In this document: in pieces, positions 37,764-38,720 of the stretch
How positions within the stretch are numbered: position 1 is the stretch's first letter
Layout: the number at the start of each line of letters is the position of its first letter
Assembly (NCBI GenBank): GCA_041288045.1
Contig: JBGGMM010000095.1
Span: forward strand, 1-38,720
Length of the DNA stretch: 38,720 nt
Source: Pseudobdellovibrionaceae bacterium
GTDB taxonomy: Bacteria > Bdellovibrionota > Bdellovibrionia > Bdellovibrionales > Bdellovibrionaceae
Direction of reading: 5' to 3'
The notes under the pieces: generated by a model
Seen by the model: only the letters and a program-made list of their open reading frames with translations
Told to the model about the DNA's origin: nothing
Databases searched by the model: none
Made by a program: the position numbers and the translations under genes

Positions 37764-38195
37764 ATGAAAAAGATATTCTTCATTCTTATTTTCTCAGTTT
37801 CTTTTTTCTCTCTCTATCTTCAGGCACAGTCGCTCACTCCAGGGCTTTGGAAAGCCAAGACCTCTTTAAAGCTCAATGGTGTGCCCTTGCCTTCAAGCGA
37901 AGAGGAAGATTGCGTCTCAGCTGAAAAAGCCAAAGATGCAAAAACCACCATCACCCAAGAGCTCAAAAAAAAGGGATGTCAGATCACCAAGTGGAAAGTT
38001 CAGGGAGGTCAATTGCAGGCTTCCTTGGCTTGTGTGAACAATGATGTCAATGCAACGGGGCAGTTGAAGGGAAAATTCTCAGCAAAGAGCTATGATCTCA
38101 CAGGCGAAGCCGAGGGAACTTATAAAAACACGATTCCTTCTTCGGTGACTGTTAGTCTCTCAGGTCAGTGGATGAGGAATTGCGAAAGTCGGTGA
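37764..38195 (+). CDS. DUF3617-family secreted protein
   Basis: Signal peptide; LTPGLW, C-V-S, C.I, LAC, terminal G.WM..C. Confidence 0.82.
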   Translation: MKKIFFILIFSVSFFSLYLQAQSLTPGLWKAKTSLKLNGVPLPSSEEEDCVSAEKAKDAKTTITQELKKKGCQITKWKVQGGQLQASLACVNNDVNATGQLKGKFSAKSYDLTGEAEGTYKNTIPSSVTVSLSGQWMRNCESR

Positions 38196-38373
38196 GCTTT
38201 TTTCGAATGTCAGTATCTTGGACAAAATTGCCAATATATTGACAATTGGGTTTGAGGGTCTCGAGCACATCTGTGCCGAGTGGAAACGATGATGCATCCG
38301 TCTTTGCAAACCCAAACGTTCAGAAAACGCTGCGGCATTTTTTTGAAGCAAAAAACAGCATTTTCAAGGTCTT

Positions 38374-38720
38374 TTAATTTCCCAAAGGGCAAGTCCAAGA
38401 AGTTGGGCCTTTCAGGGAGCTTAAATTTAAAATCACTTCTCCGGTTTGCATTTGGAACAAAAATTCTTCACTTTGGCTGACATCTGAAATGAGAAAAATA
38501 TCGCCAACACTGCTGATCGTGATCTGTCCGTCTCCCTTTCCAAGAAGGGATTTTTCTGTTTTTCCTTTTGACCAAATCAGAGGTTTCTTAAAATCAATGG
38601 AGACTTCGTCGTCCATCCCTGGTGCATATGCGATTCTGGCAATGAGACTCACGCCATTATTCACTTTCAAAGTAACAGAGGCGGGAAATTCCGTGGGAGC
38701 TATTTTTTTTTGCTTCGCCA
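38374..38720 (-). CDS. Hypothetical protein, start at or beyond the window edge
   Basis: Frame is open to the window end: (x)AKQKKIAPTEFPASVTLKVNNGVSLIARI...TCPLGN*. Confidence 0.5.
   Translation of the reverse strand, partial: AKQKKIAPTEFPASVTLKVNNGVSLIARIAYAPGMDDEVSIDFKKPLIWSKGKTEKSLLGKGDGQITISSVGDIFLISDVSQSEEFLFQMQTGEVILNLSSLKGPTSWTCPLGN

Noticed and set aside
38160..38480. Small ORFs, or a frameshifted continuation of the last gene
   Set aside because: No SD, no recognisable motif, and several overlapping short frames; cannot be supported.

Overview
38.7 kb of a bacterial chromosome, most consistent with Bdellovibrionota (inferred from gene content, protein style and gene order). The left end (1 to ~1808) is visibly AT-richer and lies at the 3' end of a minus-strand initiator tRNA-Met. 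It has att-like features (IHF-type box, short arm-like repeats) and looks like the edge of a tRNA-integrated island. It carries a partial XRE-like regulator, secreted hypotheticals, a GNAT and a start-less gene remnant. The core holds DUF1428, trhO, prfC, an ABC-2 exporter, ffh, rpsP-khpA-rimM-trmD-SPOUT MTase-rplS-rnhB-yraN, lptD, a CHASE2 adenylate cyclase, a STAS protein, two long coiled-coil proteins, a VKOR-DsbA fusion, a ChaN-like protein, HU, a TPR protein, pyk, a cNMP-binding protein, several secreted Cys-rich proteins, thiolase-scoA-scoB, DUF4097, a basic/acidic Zn-finger-like protein, a secreted alpha/beta hydrolase and DUF3617. The most interesting signals are regulatory: (i) many promoters placed for leaderless or near-leaderless mRNAs, under both sigma70-type and sigma28-type elements; (ii) two pairs of divergent sigma28-like promoters linking the cyclase, STAS, a coiled-coil and a membrane protein; (iii) a recurrent T(T/C)TC(A/G)-N3-TGAGA palindrome at several of these promoters. 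No CRISPR array, rRNA or intact transposase/integrase was seen. All calls come from reading the sequence; no database searches were run.
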